Positions 29,386 through 37,618 of a stretch of 64,000 bases of DNA are shown here, in pieces. Below the pieces are notes generated by a model. That model did not search any database, was not told the DNA's origin, and was given only the letters and a program-made list of their open reading frames with translations. Origin of the DNA: a virus (Duplodnaviria > Caudoviricetes). The position numbers and the translations under genes were made by a program. The stretch spans positions 32,001-96,000 of the IMG/VR virus record IMGVR_UViG_3300028591_000095. One strand, given 5' to 3'. Position 1 is the stretch's first letter; the number at the start of each line of letters is the position of its first letter.

Positions 29386-29964
29386 CTAATCTTCATCAGT
29401 TTTAACTTTCTTGAGATTTGAATCAATCGAATTCAGCAGAGCAGTATATAAAGCGTTCAGCTTGTTATAATACAATCTGTTCTCTCCATACGCTGTATCT
29501 ACGAAATCGTTGACAACATAGCTTTGTCCAGTGAACAAAGCTGTTTTGAGGTCGGTGATGAACGGTTGGATTTTATGACTTATATCATACGGAAGAACTG
29601 ATTGGAGTTTGTCAATGTTCTTCAATATGTTCTCAACCTTCGAGTTGCGATCGATAAACTCTTCATACAAACGTTGATTGAGAATATTACTAGCCTTCTC
29701 CGTTATAGAGGTATCATCTTTCTGATCATCCTCATTGTTGTTTTCATCACCAGTGTCACCATTCATCATAGTTTCATCTGAATCCATAGGCATATCGCCC
29801 ATATCATCAGAAGTCGGAACTGGTCCGACGAGATCCTGATCGCCTGCTGGAGCTGTGTCCGTAGAACCTTGATCTGCAGGAGCAGGTTGTTCATCCATAC
29901 CAGGATCGAATGGTTCCGCAAGGTCACCTTCTGCTTCCATTACAAATGTAAACAGATCTTTCAT
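29386..29964 (-). CDS. Acidic head/scaffold-like protein
   Basis: FVME|A site, acidic flexible N-half and helical C-half; directly upstream of the MCP. Confidence 0.5.
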   Translation of the reverse strand: MKDLFTFVMEAEGDLAEPFDPGMDEQPAPADQGSTDTAPAGDQDLVGPVPTSDDMGDMPMDSDETMMNGDTGDENNNEDDQKDDTSITEKASNILNQRLYEEFIDRNSKVENILKNIDKLQSVLPYDISHKIQPFITDLKTALFTGQSYVVNDFVDTAYGENRLYYNKLNALYTALLNSIDSNLKKVKTDED

Positions 29965-29980
29965 TGGATTCACCTCCGAA

Positions 29981-32683
29981 TCAAGCTATACTATTTGGAT
30001 GGGCTAACTTGGAAGCACGAGCTGTACTAGCCATTTGCATCAGCTTATTTCTTTGACGCATTAACTGATATTTTTCTTTGGTTAAAGCAGGATTGCTATC
30101 ACCATAACGTGTATGAGAATCGATACTCTCAATTTTATCATTGATAATTTCAATCTCAGTCACAAGTTCATTTTGAACTTCGCCTTTCAGACGGTTCTTA
30201 TCAATTGCGCTAAGAACCTGACAAGTTGCAATAGCAGCTGCCAAATATCCACTGATGGTAGCACTAATACCAACCAATCCAAGTTTGAGAGCAAGTCTCG
30301 ATGCTTTATACAGCGCAGTGCGATAACTTCGGCTCTCGACTATTTCGGCTTTCACTTGGTCCTCATTGCGTTTGATCAACGAATCAACAACTTTTGTCAT
30401 CCATTGTTTAGCTCGTGATACAGGCTTAAGGACAGCTTTTGTAGTGTTTATGCCTTTTTGAACTCTTTGCTTTATCTTTTGCTGACCAGATAAAAGTTTT
30501 CTGTCTCTATCCATAGCTCTAGTTAAAGCGTCCTCCTTTGGAGGTGTAGCACCTGCTGCTTCCGATAGGGGCTTTACTGATTCGAGAATGTTAAACATTT
30601 CATGAACGGGAATACCGTTCGAAAGTTTAGCACCCGTAGCAGCAATATCTGAAGAAGTGTTGCTATTATTATAATTGTTGGTATATGCGTTGTGGGAGTC
30701 TGTAGTAGTGGTATTAGTTGATGTATTATGAGAGTCACGAGTTGTTCGTTTATCTCTTGATACATCTTTATTATGTGATGAATCGTTATGAGAATTGGTC
30801 ATGTTGTTAGAATCGTTCTGCACATTAGAGTTGTTATTTTCTTCATGTTTGTTCTGAGAATTGTCGGTAGTTGTTTGTGTATCAGTTTTTGTATTATACG
30901 AATCACGATTGAAAGAGTTGTTGTACGTGATGTTGTATACAACTGATCTACCATCTTTTCCGATATTGCCATCATATCCTCTACCCAACATTCCTTCAAG
31001 ACCATCCGATGTATTTGTATCCATTCTTTCATCGATAGAATTTATCAATTCATCATATGGGTTTTGAGGAATTCCTATTGGTAGATTGACATCAGTTGTT
31101 GGAGGCTGTTTAGGAGCACCCAGTTCATCACTCATCTTAATGCGTTGACGGATGTAATTTGGAAGAGCACCATCATCACCAGTATCAGTATCAAATTCCT
31201 GAATGGCATTATATGATTCACCAATCCAGTTGTCAACATCGATTTGAGAAAGTCCTTCATTGAACATTGAATCGTTCATTGTAGCTATCTCATCATACAA
31301 AATCGACTGATATCCTTCGCAATATTGAATATCAAGAAGTGACATGTCTCCGAATTCACGTTCCATGATGGAAGTATATTCTTTGACGGTTTCTGATTTA
31401 TTCAATCCATTATCTTTCTTCATATTCTCAGTATCATTATACTTCATAGCTTCACGAGAATTCTTGTTGATTCTTGCACGGACTGTTTTGATGAATTCAT
31501 CAACAGTTCCTTGCTTACTGGGCATGAGATTGTACATCAGAGTCAGATAGATATGAGAATCGAATATATTAAATAATGTAAGAAGAGTGTTATTGTTAAT
31601 TGAGCAACTCTCATCATTCATAAGATTCAATGTCATGAAGTCTTCAATGAATTTGATTGTTGCTTCTTTGTCAGCTTTAAAGCAACTGAACAGATCATAG
31701 TTCTTGAAACGTCCAGCACCTTTATTCTGTTTGATGATAGATTCATATGAATCGGTATATTTCTTCATTGTATCTTTATCTATTTCAGATGAAGATTTCT
31801 TTGGGTTGGTTAATGTTTTAACCAGAATGAATGGTGCAACTGTTTTACCGATGAAGTCAGTCATACCTTTATTAGGTTTGCTGAATAACAACATCAAGTC
31901 TGCAGTTGAGTTACACTCATTCAATGCTTTAACCATATCCTTTGCAAGTTTGGTGAATTGCTGCGAGATTATCCATTTACCATTTGCATATTTCAGATGT
32001 CGGGGTTTATCATGTTCAAAGAAATCAATCTCAGCAGCTTCCTGTTTAGTCTCATCAACGAGAATCTCAGTGTTCTTGAGATCAGCATGTTTCTTGATAC
32101 GTTCACTCTCAACAACCTGATCCATCTTATCAGGTAACTGAATCTGGTCATTGTTGAATACACCAGATACATACTTCTCAGGATCGAACAATGATATGTT
32201 GATGTCATCATTCAATGCAGTTCTGAGTTCATATAACTCAAGAGGTTCTGAGAATAATTCAATTACATCTGCATACTTCGAAGGATTTGTGAACAGCTCA
32301 AATGTATAGATACCATTTACAAGCTTTCCAAAATCCTCAAAGTTATTTGAGATGAGTTCGAGTGCTTTGCAACCGATAACAGCATAAACCTTATCTGCTA
32401 AAGATTCAGGTAACTGACTCATGACATCTGGACCATTGTACTCACCTTCATGAGATGCAATGTCTTCAATCATTTCATTCAGTTTGCTACTGTCTTGGAC
32501 TAATTCTGGATCAACATTATTCAACCAACTCAGGATACCAAGTAAAGTTCCATCAAGCTGTATATCAGATTCTACAGTTGGGAAGTTTTTCTTTGTGAAG
32601 TTGGAAGCAACAAAATCATTGATTGAATTGATTGCAGTTCCAACATTATCAAAGTATTCTTTATTGATGATAATCTTATCCAT
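29981..32683 (-). CDS. Internal head (ejection-like) protein
   Basis: 900 aa with several xxE|A/S sites, an Asn/Thr/Ser low-complexity stretch and a C-terminal hydrophobic hairpin plus coiled coil. Confidence 0.5.
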   Translation of the reverse strand: MDKIIINKEYFDNVGTAINSINDFVASNFTKKNFPTVESDIQLDGTLLGILSWLNNVDPELVQDSSKLNEMIEDIASHEGEYNGPDVMSQLPESLADKVYAVIGCKALELISNNFEDFGKLVNGIYTFELFTNPSKYADVIELFSEPLELYELRTALNDDINISLFDPEKYVSGVFNNDQIQLPDKMDQVVESERIKKHADLKNTEILVDETKQEAAEIDFFEHDKPRHLKYANGKWIISQQFTKLAKDMVKALNECNSTADLMLLFSKPNKGMTDFIGKTVAPFILVKTLTNPKKSSSEIDKDTMKKYTDSYESIIKQNKGAGRFKNYDLFSCFKADKEATIKFIEDFMTLNLMNDESCSINNNTLLTLFNIFDSHIYLTLMYNLMPSKQGTVDEFIKTVRARINKNSREAMKYNDTENMKKDNGLNKSETVKEYTSIMEREFGDMSLLDIQYCEGYQSILYDEIATMNDSMFNEGLSQIDVDNWIGESYNAIQEFDTDTGDDGALPNYIRQRIKMSDELGAPKQPPTTDVNLPIGIPQNPYDELINSIDERMDTNTSDGLEGMLGRGYDGNIGKDGRSVVYNITYNNSFNRDSYNTKTDTQTTTDNSQNKHEENNNSNVQNDSNNMTNSHNDSSHNKDVSRDKRTTRDSHNTSTNTTTTDSHNAYTNNYNNSNTSSDIAATGAKLSNGIPVHEMFNILESVKPLSEAAGATPPKEDALTRAMDRDRKLLSGQQKIKQRVQKGINTTKAVLKPVSRAKQWMTKVVDSLIKRNEDQVKAEIVESRSYRTALYKASRLALKLGLVGISATISGYLAAAIATCQVLSAIDKNRLKGEVQNELVTEIEIINDKIESIDSHTRYGDSNPALTKEKYQLMRQRNKLMQMASTARASKLAHPNSIA

Positions 32684-33546
32684 TATCTGATCCCCCTTAA
32701 GATTGAAAGGGCTTCTCTTCTGATGTCACTCTTAAGAGGAATGATGATCTTGGATGTGTCTGCTTGTTCCATTATAATGGAAGCATCTTTGGAGATTGTC
32801 ATAATCTCATTTGGAGTTATTTCAAATGACTCACAAACAACTGCCATGTTCTCATCCTGTTCACAGCAATACTTTGCAAGTTCCTGAAGGAATACAACTC
32901 TTCCTTCACCTTCGTGGTGTGGTTCGTATGATTCCTGATGAACAGCTTCGATATCTGCAACAGCTTCCTGATGTGATGGAAAATCAACCATGTCGAATGT
33001 GATAACCTTCGATACTCTCATATTCGGAGCATTCATTGGAGCATTAGGAATCATGGTTCCCATAAGTCTCACACTGAACGCAGGAACACCACCAAGATCG
33101 ATGATCTCTGATGCAACAGCTCTACCGCACTCTGTAGATGGATGTGTTGTGATTGTAGCTTTATACAGATCACCAACGAATTCGTCATCACTTATGAAAT
33201 GAGATGTTCTCATTGGTTCTGGAATTGTCATACGAATATCGGAAAATTGCTGTCCCTTGACTTCTGGGTTTGGGTGATTCAGCTCGCCTCTCCACATCGA
33301 TCGCTCCTTGAGATTGTTAATACGTTCGTCGTTCTGTATGACATTTCGTGCATTCTCTTTGTCATATCTACGATGCATACGGTTCTGATGACCGAATGAC
33401 CAAAGTGGAGACTTGAACACACAATATGGAAGACCGTTGCAAGAAGTCTTGACAGTAAGACCTTTACGTTCAAGACCAGAACTGATAGGAGCTTCCTGTA
33501 CAAAGCATGAAGTCTCATACTTGTTGGTCTGTGTACTCTTAAGCAT
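32683..33546 (-). CDS. Prohead core protease (T4 gp21 / S77-like)
   Basis: NR..RRY, GELNHP, SHFI, FSVRLMG and ITFDMVDFPSH motifs of the gp21 family. Start at 33546 or 33594. Confidence 0.85.
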   Translation of the reverse strand: MLKSTQTNKYETSCFVQEAPISSGLERKGLTVKTSCNGLPYCVFKSPLWSFGHQNRMHRRYDKENARNVIQNDERINNLKERSMWRGELNHPNPEVKGQQFSDIRMTIPEPMRTSHFISDDEFVGDLYKATITTHPSTECGRAVASEIIDLGGVPAFSVRLMGTMIPNAPMNAPNMRVSKVITFDMVDFPSHQEAVADIEAVHQESYEPHHEGEGRVVFLQELAKYCCEQDENMAVVCESFEITPNEIMTISKDASIIMEQADTSKIIIPLKSDIRREALSILRGIR

Positions 33547-33599
33547 ATGATTCAACTTCTTTCTTATTAGATTTTCAACAACCATAATTGTCATTGAAT

Positions 33600-33613
33600 G
33601 TTATCCTTTTGTC
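33600..33613 (-). promoter_or_regulatory. Putative late promoter GACA-N6-TAAC
   Basis: Upstream of the head operon; fits RACN-N6-TA. Confidence 0.35.
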
Positions 33614-33628
33614 ACAAAAAGATTTACG

Positions 33629-33650
33629 CATCCGGGGATATCCCCGGATG
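33629..33650. terminator. Palindromic hairpin/terminator
   Basis: Perfect palindrome CATCCGGGGATATCCCCGGATG followed by TTTTTT. Confidence 0.65.
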
Positions 33651-33675
33651 TTTTTTCGATAATAATGTTATTCCA

Positions 33676-33694
33676 TATTTATATTATTTAAGTG
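33676..33694 (+). promoter_or_regulatory. Putative early promoter, copy 3
   Basis: TATTTATATTATTTAAGTG. Confidence 0.65.
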
Positions 33695-33903
33695 GAATAC
33701 ACAAACGAACTATTCTCATTGGAGGTGAGGATTATGGATGAAATAATCATCATTAATGATTCTACAATGTCCCAAAGCGACGTTGAAGAGAATATCCGTA
33801 TTTGGCTAGACTAATAACCAAATACACACCGACAAAACTTTCCGGATATCATTGAGAAATCCGTCATACGAAATAAAACCATTAACATCGTTTGTGTATT
33901 CCA
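33693..33903 (+). ncRNA. Candidate structured RNA (~210 nt) containing a 26-codon sORF
   Basis: Perfect 16-bp terminal inverted repeat (33693-33708 / 33888-33903) plus several nested internal stems; begins at the early-promoter motif. Confidence 0.5.
33734..33814 (+). CDS. Small ORF MDEIIIINDSTMSQSDVEENIRIWLD
   Basis: Perfect RBS GGAGGTGA at 33721-33728. Confidence 0.4.
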   Translation: MDEIIIINDSTMSQSDVEENIRIWLD

Positions 33904-33998
33904 ACTTATTAGATTTGTAAATGTATCATGATATTTAAATAGTATGATATACAATGACAATCTGATATTATTATATTACGAAAGGAAATGATTATATT

Positions 33999-34703
33999 AT
34001 GAAAACATCTGAAAAGGCATGGCAATTAATTAACAAATACTTTAGGTATCTTTCATCATCTACTGAAATTGAGGAAGATGCTGCAACAGCGTCAAAATTG
34101 ATATCGGTCGTCCGGAGAAGTGATGATGCCATATACCAGATGATTGGAATCACATCTGACACACAATCCGGAGAAAAAATATTCCAGTTCAAATCACTTA
34201 ATCCCATTATAAAGAACCATAATGGAATCGCGGGTTGCTCGATGGAGTATGATTATTGTGAAATCACTGAATCTGAATTCGATGAAAAGTTCTACACATA
34301 TGAAGATTGGGAACATGGATTCTTAAATCTCACTATTGCAGAAATGAACAAAGAGATTTTTAAATTCCTTCACCCATATTTCATAACAGCTAAACAGGAT
34401 TGGACATTTGAGTTATCTTGTAAGGGATCTATAATGAGCATAAAATTCTGGGGTTATGGGGCTTATAAATATGAAAAACTAGTGATCCGTATTGACAAAA
34501 TAAACAAAGTGCAAATAAAATTATATGGAGATGGACATAATGAATCTATTACAGTTTTCGATTATGACAATAAGGTCACTAAAATTAATCCAGTTCCATA
34601 TGGAACACTTATTGAAGAAGATATGGTGAAACTCTGTGGCAAAGTCACAGAAGTTATGAGAAGAAATCCAATCAATAAACGCGAGGGGTATGATAAGAGA
34701 TGA
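33999..34703 (+). CDS. Early hypothetical protein
   Basis: 234 aa ORF, RBS GAAAGGA. Confidence 0.65.
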   Translation: MKTSEKAWQLINKYFRYLSSSTEIEEDAATASKLISVVRRSDDAIYQMIGITSDTQSGEKIFQFKSLNPIIKNHNGIAGCSMEYDYCEITESEFDEKFYTYEDWEHGFLNLTIAEMNKEIFKFLHPYFITAKQDWTFELSCKGSIMSIKFWGYGAYKYEKLVIRIDKINKVQIKLYGDGHNESITVFDYDNKVTKINPVPYGTLIEEDMVKLCGKVTEVMRRNPINKREGYDKR

Positions 34704-35077
34704 GATCAGTAGCAATCCATGTGAAAGAGAGTTGCATTCGTGCATTTGAGAATTACATCAATGACGACCGATTTAAGGAACAACTCCAGAAAGGTGTATT
34801 CATTATGAGTAATCTGTTCGATGAAGGTGATACTCGTAATGAGTTTGGTAAAGTGGTTGATATACAGCATGAAGACGGTACTGATGAATTCGATCTTTTA
34901 TATCAGCAGAATGAAATGTATGAGAATTACTGGATCGAATGTGTGACACCTGTGTTGGATGTCGATTGCACCAGTAGTGGTGTTGTACTTGATAATGATT
35001 ACTTTCCTACTGAAGAGAATTTCACAATCAATCGTATTGTGAAATTCTTTCCAACATTCTTAAGAAGTCATAAGTAA
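34700..35077 (+). CDS. Early hypothetical protein
   Basis: ATGA-coupled acidic ORF. Confidence 0.65.
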   Translation: MRSVAIHVKESCIRAFENYINDDRFKEQLQKGVFIMSNLFDEGDTRNEFGKVVDIQHEDGTDEFDLLYQQNEMYENYWIECVTPVLDVDCTSSGVVLDNDYFPTEENFTINRIVKFFPTFLRSHK

Positions 35078-35081
35078 TTAC

Positions 35082-35104
35082 AAGCTCCCCATTACGGGGA
35101 GCTT
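35082..35104 (+). terminator. Intrinsic terminator
   Basis: AAGCTCCCC-ATTAC-GGGGAGCTT followed by a T-tract. Confidence 0.8.
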
Positions 35105-35134
35105 CTTTTTCTTGTCTATTATTCTTACATTCCA

Positions 35135-35153
35135 TATATACATCATTATTATG
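35135..35153 (+). promoter_or_regulatory. Putative early promoter, copy 4
   Basis: TATATACATCATTATTATG. Confidence 0.65.
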
Positions 35154-35198
35154 GACAATACGAGAGTATTGTTACATTATATGAAAGGATGTGATATA

Positions 35199-35435
35199 AT
35201 GAAAGTCTTCAGACTCGATGATGGCTCGACAGGTCTGGAACTTGATCATGGTGACATGGATAAGTATCACGTAATCATTCAGAATCTGTTAGCTATCCCA
35301 AACCTGTCGGAAATTCACTTTAAGAATTTGACAGGTAAGGAAGCAATGCAAGTCCGCCAGTCATTATGGAGATTCGTAGAAGTGTCAGATTTTTACGACA
35401 TCGACATTACACTTAGAAGAAAGGAAGAGATATAA
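35199..35435 (+). CDS. Early hypothetical protein (monocistronic)
   Basis: Start revised to ATG 35199 after RBS GAAAGGATGTGA; has its own promoter and terminator. Confidence 0.6.
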   Translation: MKVFRLDDGSTGLELDHGDMDKYHVIIQNLLAIPNLSEIHFKNLTGKEAMQVRQSLWRFVEVSDFYDIDITLRRKEEI

Positions 35436-35440
35436 ATATT

Positions 35441-35467
35441 ATATGTGCCCCATTACGGGGCACATAT
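35441..35467. terminator. Bidirectional terminator
   Basis: ATATGTGCCCC-ATTAC-GGGGCACATAT followed by a T-tract. Confidence 0.8.
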
Positions 35468-35473
35468 TTTTTG

Positions 35474-37618
35474 TTATGCAAATGATTCTGTTACAGTAAC
35501 ATTACCCTGATTGATAATATCCTGAATATGTTGATCGACATCTCCAGCACGGTTAGGATCATATGTTGAAGAAATTCCTTCGTTTTCGATGTCTGTTTCT
35601 AACATCGATGAGAAGTTATTCTTGATCCATGTGAGATATTCTTTAACAGCAGGATCGAGACCTTTCTGTTTAAGAGCATTCTCAGCAAGCTTTGCAGCCG
35701 CATGGTTACGTTCACTATTGGTTGGATATGGAACTCTCAGAATTGTAAACATTTCTTTTTCAAGTTTTGCAAGCTCATTAAGTTTCTGAACATTGTTTAC
35801 TGTATTAGGTGTGAAGTTCTTACTATGTCCCTTAAGATTCTTGATATAGAATGTTAATGGGAAATTGTAAATACCAGCAAACATATCAGCCCATGATTCT
35901 TCAAAAGCCTGACCGTTCTTATACGCATCATCAAATAATTTCTCAGTTGATTTGTTAATAGCACAAATTCCAGTTCTAGATAAATTAATGAAGCTGATTA
36001 TGAATAAGAATCCGGAAATACCACCAGCTGTTGACATTAATGCCAAACCGAGAATGAATGATATAACTGCTGATACGAGAGCGAGAAGTGGGCTTTGAGT
36101 AAACTTCTTAAACTTCTTTAGTCTGGAAATATGTTTGCGATACTCAGCAATGAGTTTATCGATATCATCTTCAGACATTTCAGAAGCATTGGTTTGATCA
36201 ACGAGATGCTTGATATCAGCTTTCTGCTGTAATGATGTAAGTAACATCATATACTTAACAAGAGCTCTGCGTTTCATAGGATTCTTCAGATTAACAATAT
36301 CGAAGTTTCTCAAAGAATTAACATACTTTGTTGCGATCTCGCGTTTACGTTTTGCAGATCTACAAGAAGCCATGAGTGCAATTGTAGCAGTTGTGTTTAC
36401 GATGAATGAATCTGTAACAGTTCTGATCGAATCTGCAATACAATGGAATATTTCATGAAGTAATACGGAAACGACGGTTTGACCGAACAACTTTTGGTCA
36501 ACTGGAGCATCTGAGAACAAACCATAATTCTCAACAGCACACCAGATTGACATACCGTTGAGTTTGAATCCTTTCGACTTAGATACCATAATCTGCGTCT
36601 TATGTTCATCTTCTTTATCGAAAATGTGAACACCGGCATTTTCATAATCCTGATCACGTTCTTTAAACCATTTGATTGAAAGATGACAATCGAATTGCTC
36701 TTCAAGTTCACGAACAGCTTTATGATAGTTAGGATTGTTTATGAATTTTGTAATGTCAATATCTGTAGAGAATTTGACATTACTCTGTTCAGCACGAGCT
36801 TCATTGAAATACTTTACAGCTTTGAGTATGTGTTTATTATCAAACTTCATATGTTTGATATCTTCAGGTTTGATGATTTTTTGCTTTGTCTGTTTAGCTT
36901 CCTGGTAGAATATTGAATCAGTAGGTTTGATATCAAATCCCATTTCTGAGAATATATCATAACCAAGATGAACAGAGTTATCATATTCAGTTATCAGATC
37001 AAGTAAATCATCTGATACATCAACTGATTCACCGACATCAGTCATTTCTGGTTCAGGAGTATTATCAGCTGGAGCTGCATCAGAAGTGATATCATCAGAA
37101 TCTGAGAAATAAGAATTAACATCTTCTTTCTTCTTAGAATTGTCATCAGATTTTTCTGGGATCTCTCCATTACGTTTCAGGTCAGCAACTTTCATCAAAG
37201 CACTTTTTGTCATTGGACGATCAACGATTCCAGAATCATAAACGATGATTTCGTCACCTTCATCAGTCTCGAAACGTTTAACAACTTTACCTTTATTTGG
37301 ATCGCCATTTGCAACAGCTGTGTCAAACTTACTCTTCTCAATAGCATTAGACTGGAAGTCATTCAACTTACTGTCAACTCTCTGAGAAATGTAATCCAAC
37401 ACTGAACCTATTGCACATACGATGGATTGTGTATTTGCATTGGCATTCTTTCTGTTCGGTGCAATGATAGTATCATTGACAACCTTGATAGATTGCTGTG
37501 TATCATCCTGAAGTATATGTGATGGTGGTATACAATACATTGCACCAACAGCTTCAAGTGCTGTGATTAAATCAGGAGATTCATTAATCACTTTCTCTAT
37601 CATTTCCTTATTGAGCAT
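35474..37618 (-). CDS. Internal head protein with M48-like zinc metalloprotease domain and hydrophobic hairpin
   Basis: FYQE|A site; VLLHEIFH..(TM-like hairpin)..FEESWADMFA..YPTNSER. Confidence 0.55.
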   Translation of the reverse strand: MLNKEMIEKVINESPDLITALEAVGAMYCIPPSHILQDDTQQSIKVVNDTIIAPNRKNANANTQSIVCAIGSVLDYISQRVDSKLNDFQSNAIEKSKFDTAVANGDPNKGKVVKRFETDEGDEIIVYDSGIVDRPMTKSALMKVADLKRNGEIPEKSDDNSKKKEDVNSYFSDSDDITSDAAPADNTPEPEMTDVGESVDVSDDLLDLITEYDNSVHLGYDIFSEMGFDIKPTDSIFYQEAKQTKQKIIKPEDIKHMKFDNKHILKAVKYFNEARAEQSNVKFSTDIDITKFINNPNYHKAVRELEEQFDCHLSIKWFKERDQDYENAGVHIFDKEDEHKTQIMVSKSKGFKLNGMSIWCAVENYGLFSDAPVDQKLFGQTVVSVLLHEIFHCIADSIRTVTDSFIVNTTATIALMASCRSAKRKREIATKYVNSLRNFDIVNLKNPMKRRALVKYMMLLTSLQQKADIKHLVDQTNASEMSEDDIDKLIAEYRKHISRLKKFKKFTQSPLLALVSAVISFILGLALMSTAGGISGFLFIISFINLSRTGICAINKSTEKLFDDAYKNGQAFEESWADMFAGIYNFPLTFYIKNLKGHSKNFTPNTVNNVQKLNELAKLEKEMFTILRVPYPTNSERNHAAAKLAENALKQKGLDPAVKEYLTWIKNNFSSMLETDIENEGISSTYDPNRAGDVDQHIQDIINQGNVTVTESFA

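Noticed and set aside
33693-33903. Retron msr/msd or MITE interpretation of the 16-bp inverted repeat
   Set aside because: No reverse transcriptase or transposase nearby and no target-site duplication; kept only as a structured-RNA candidate.
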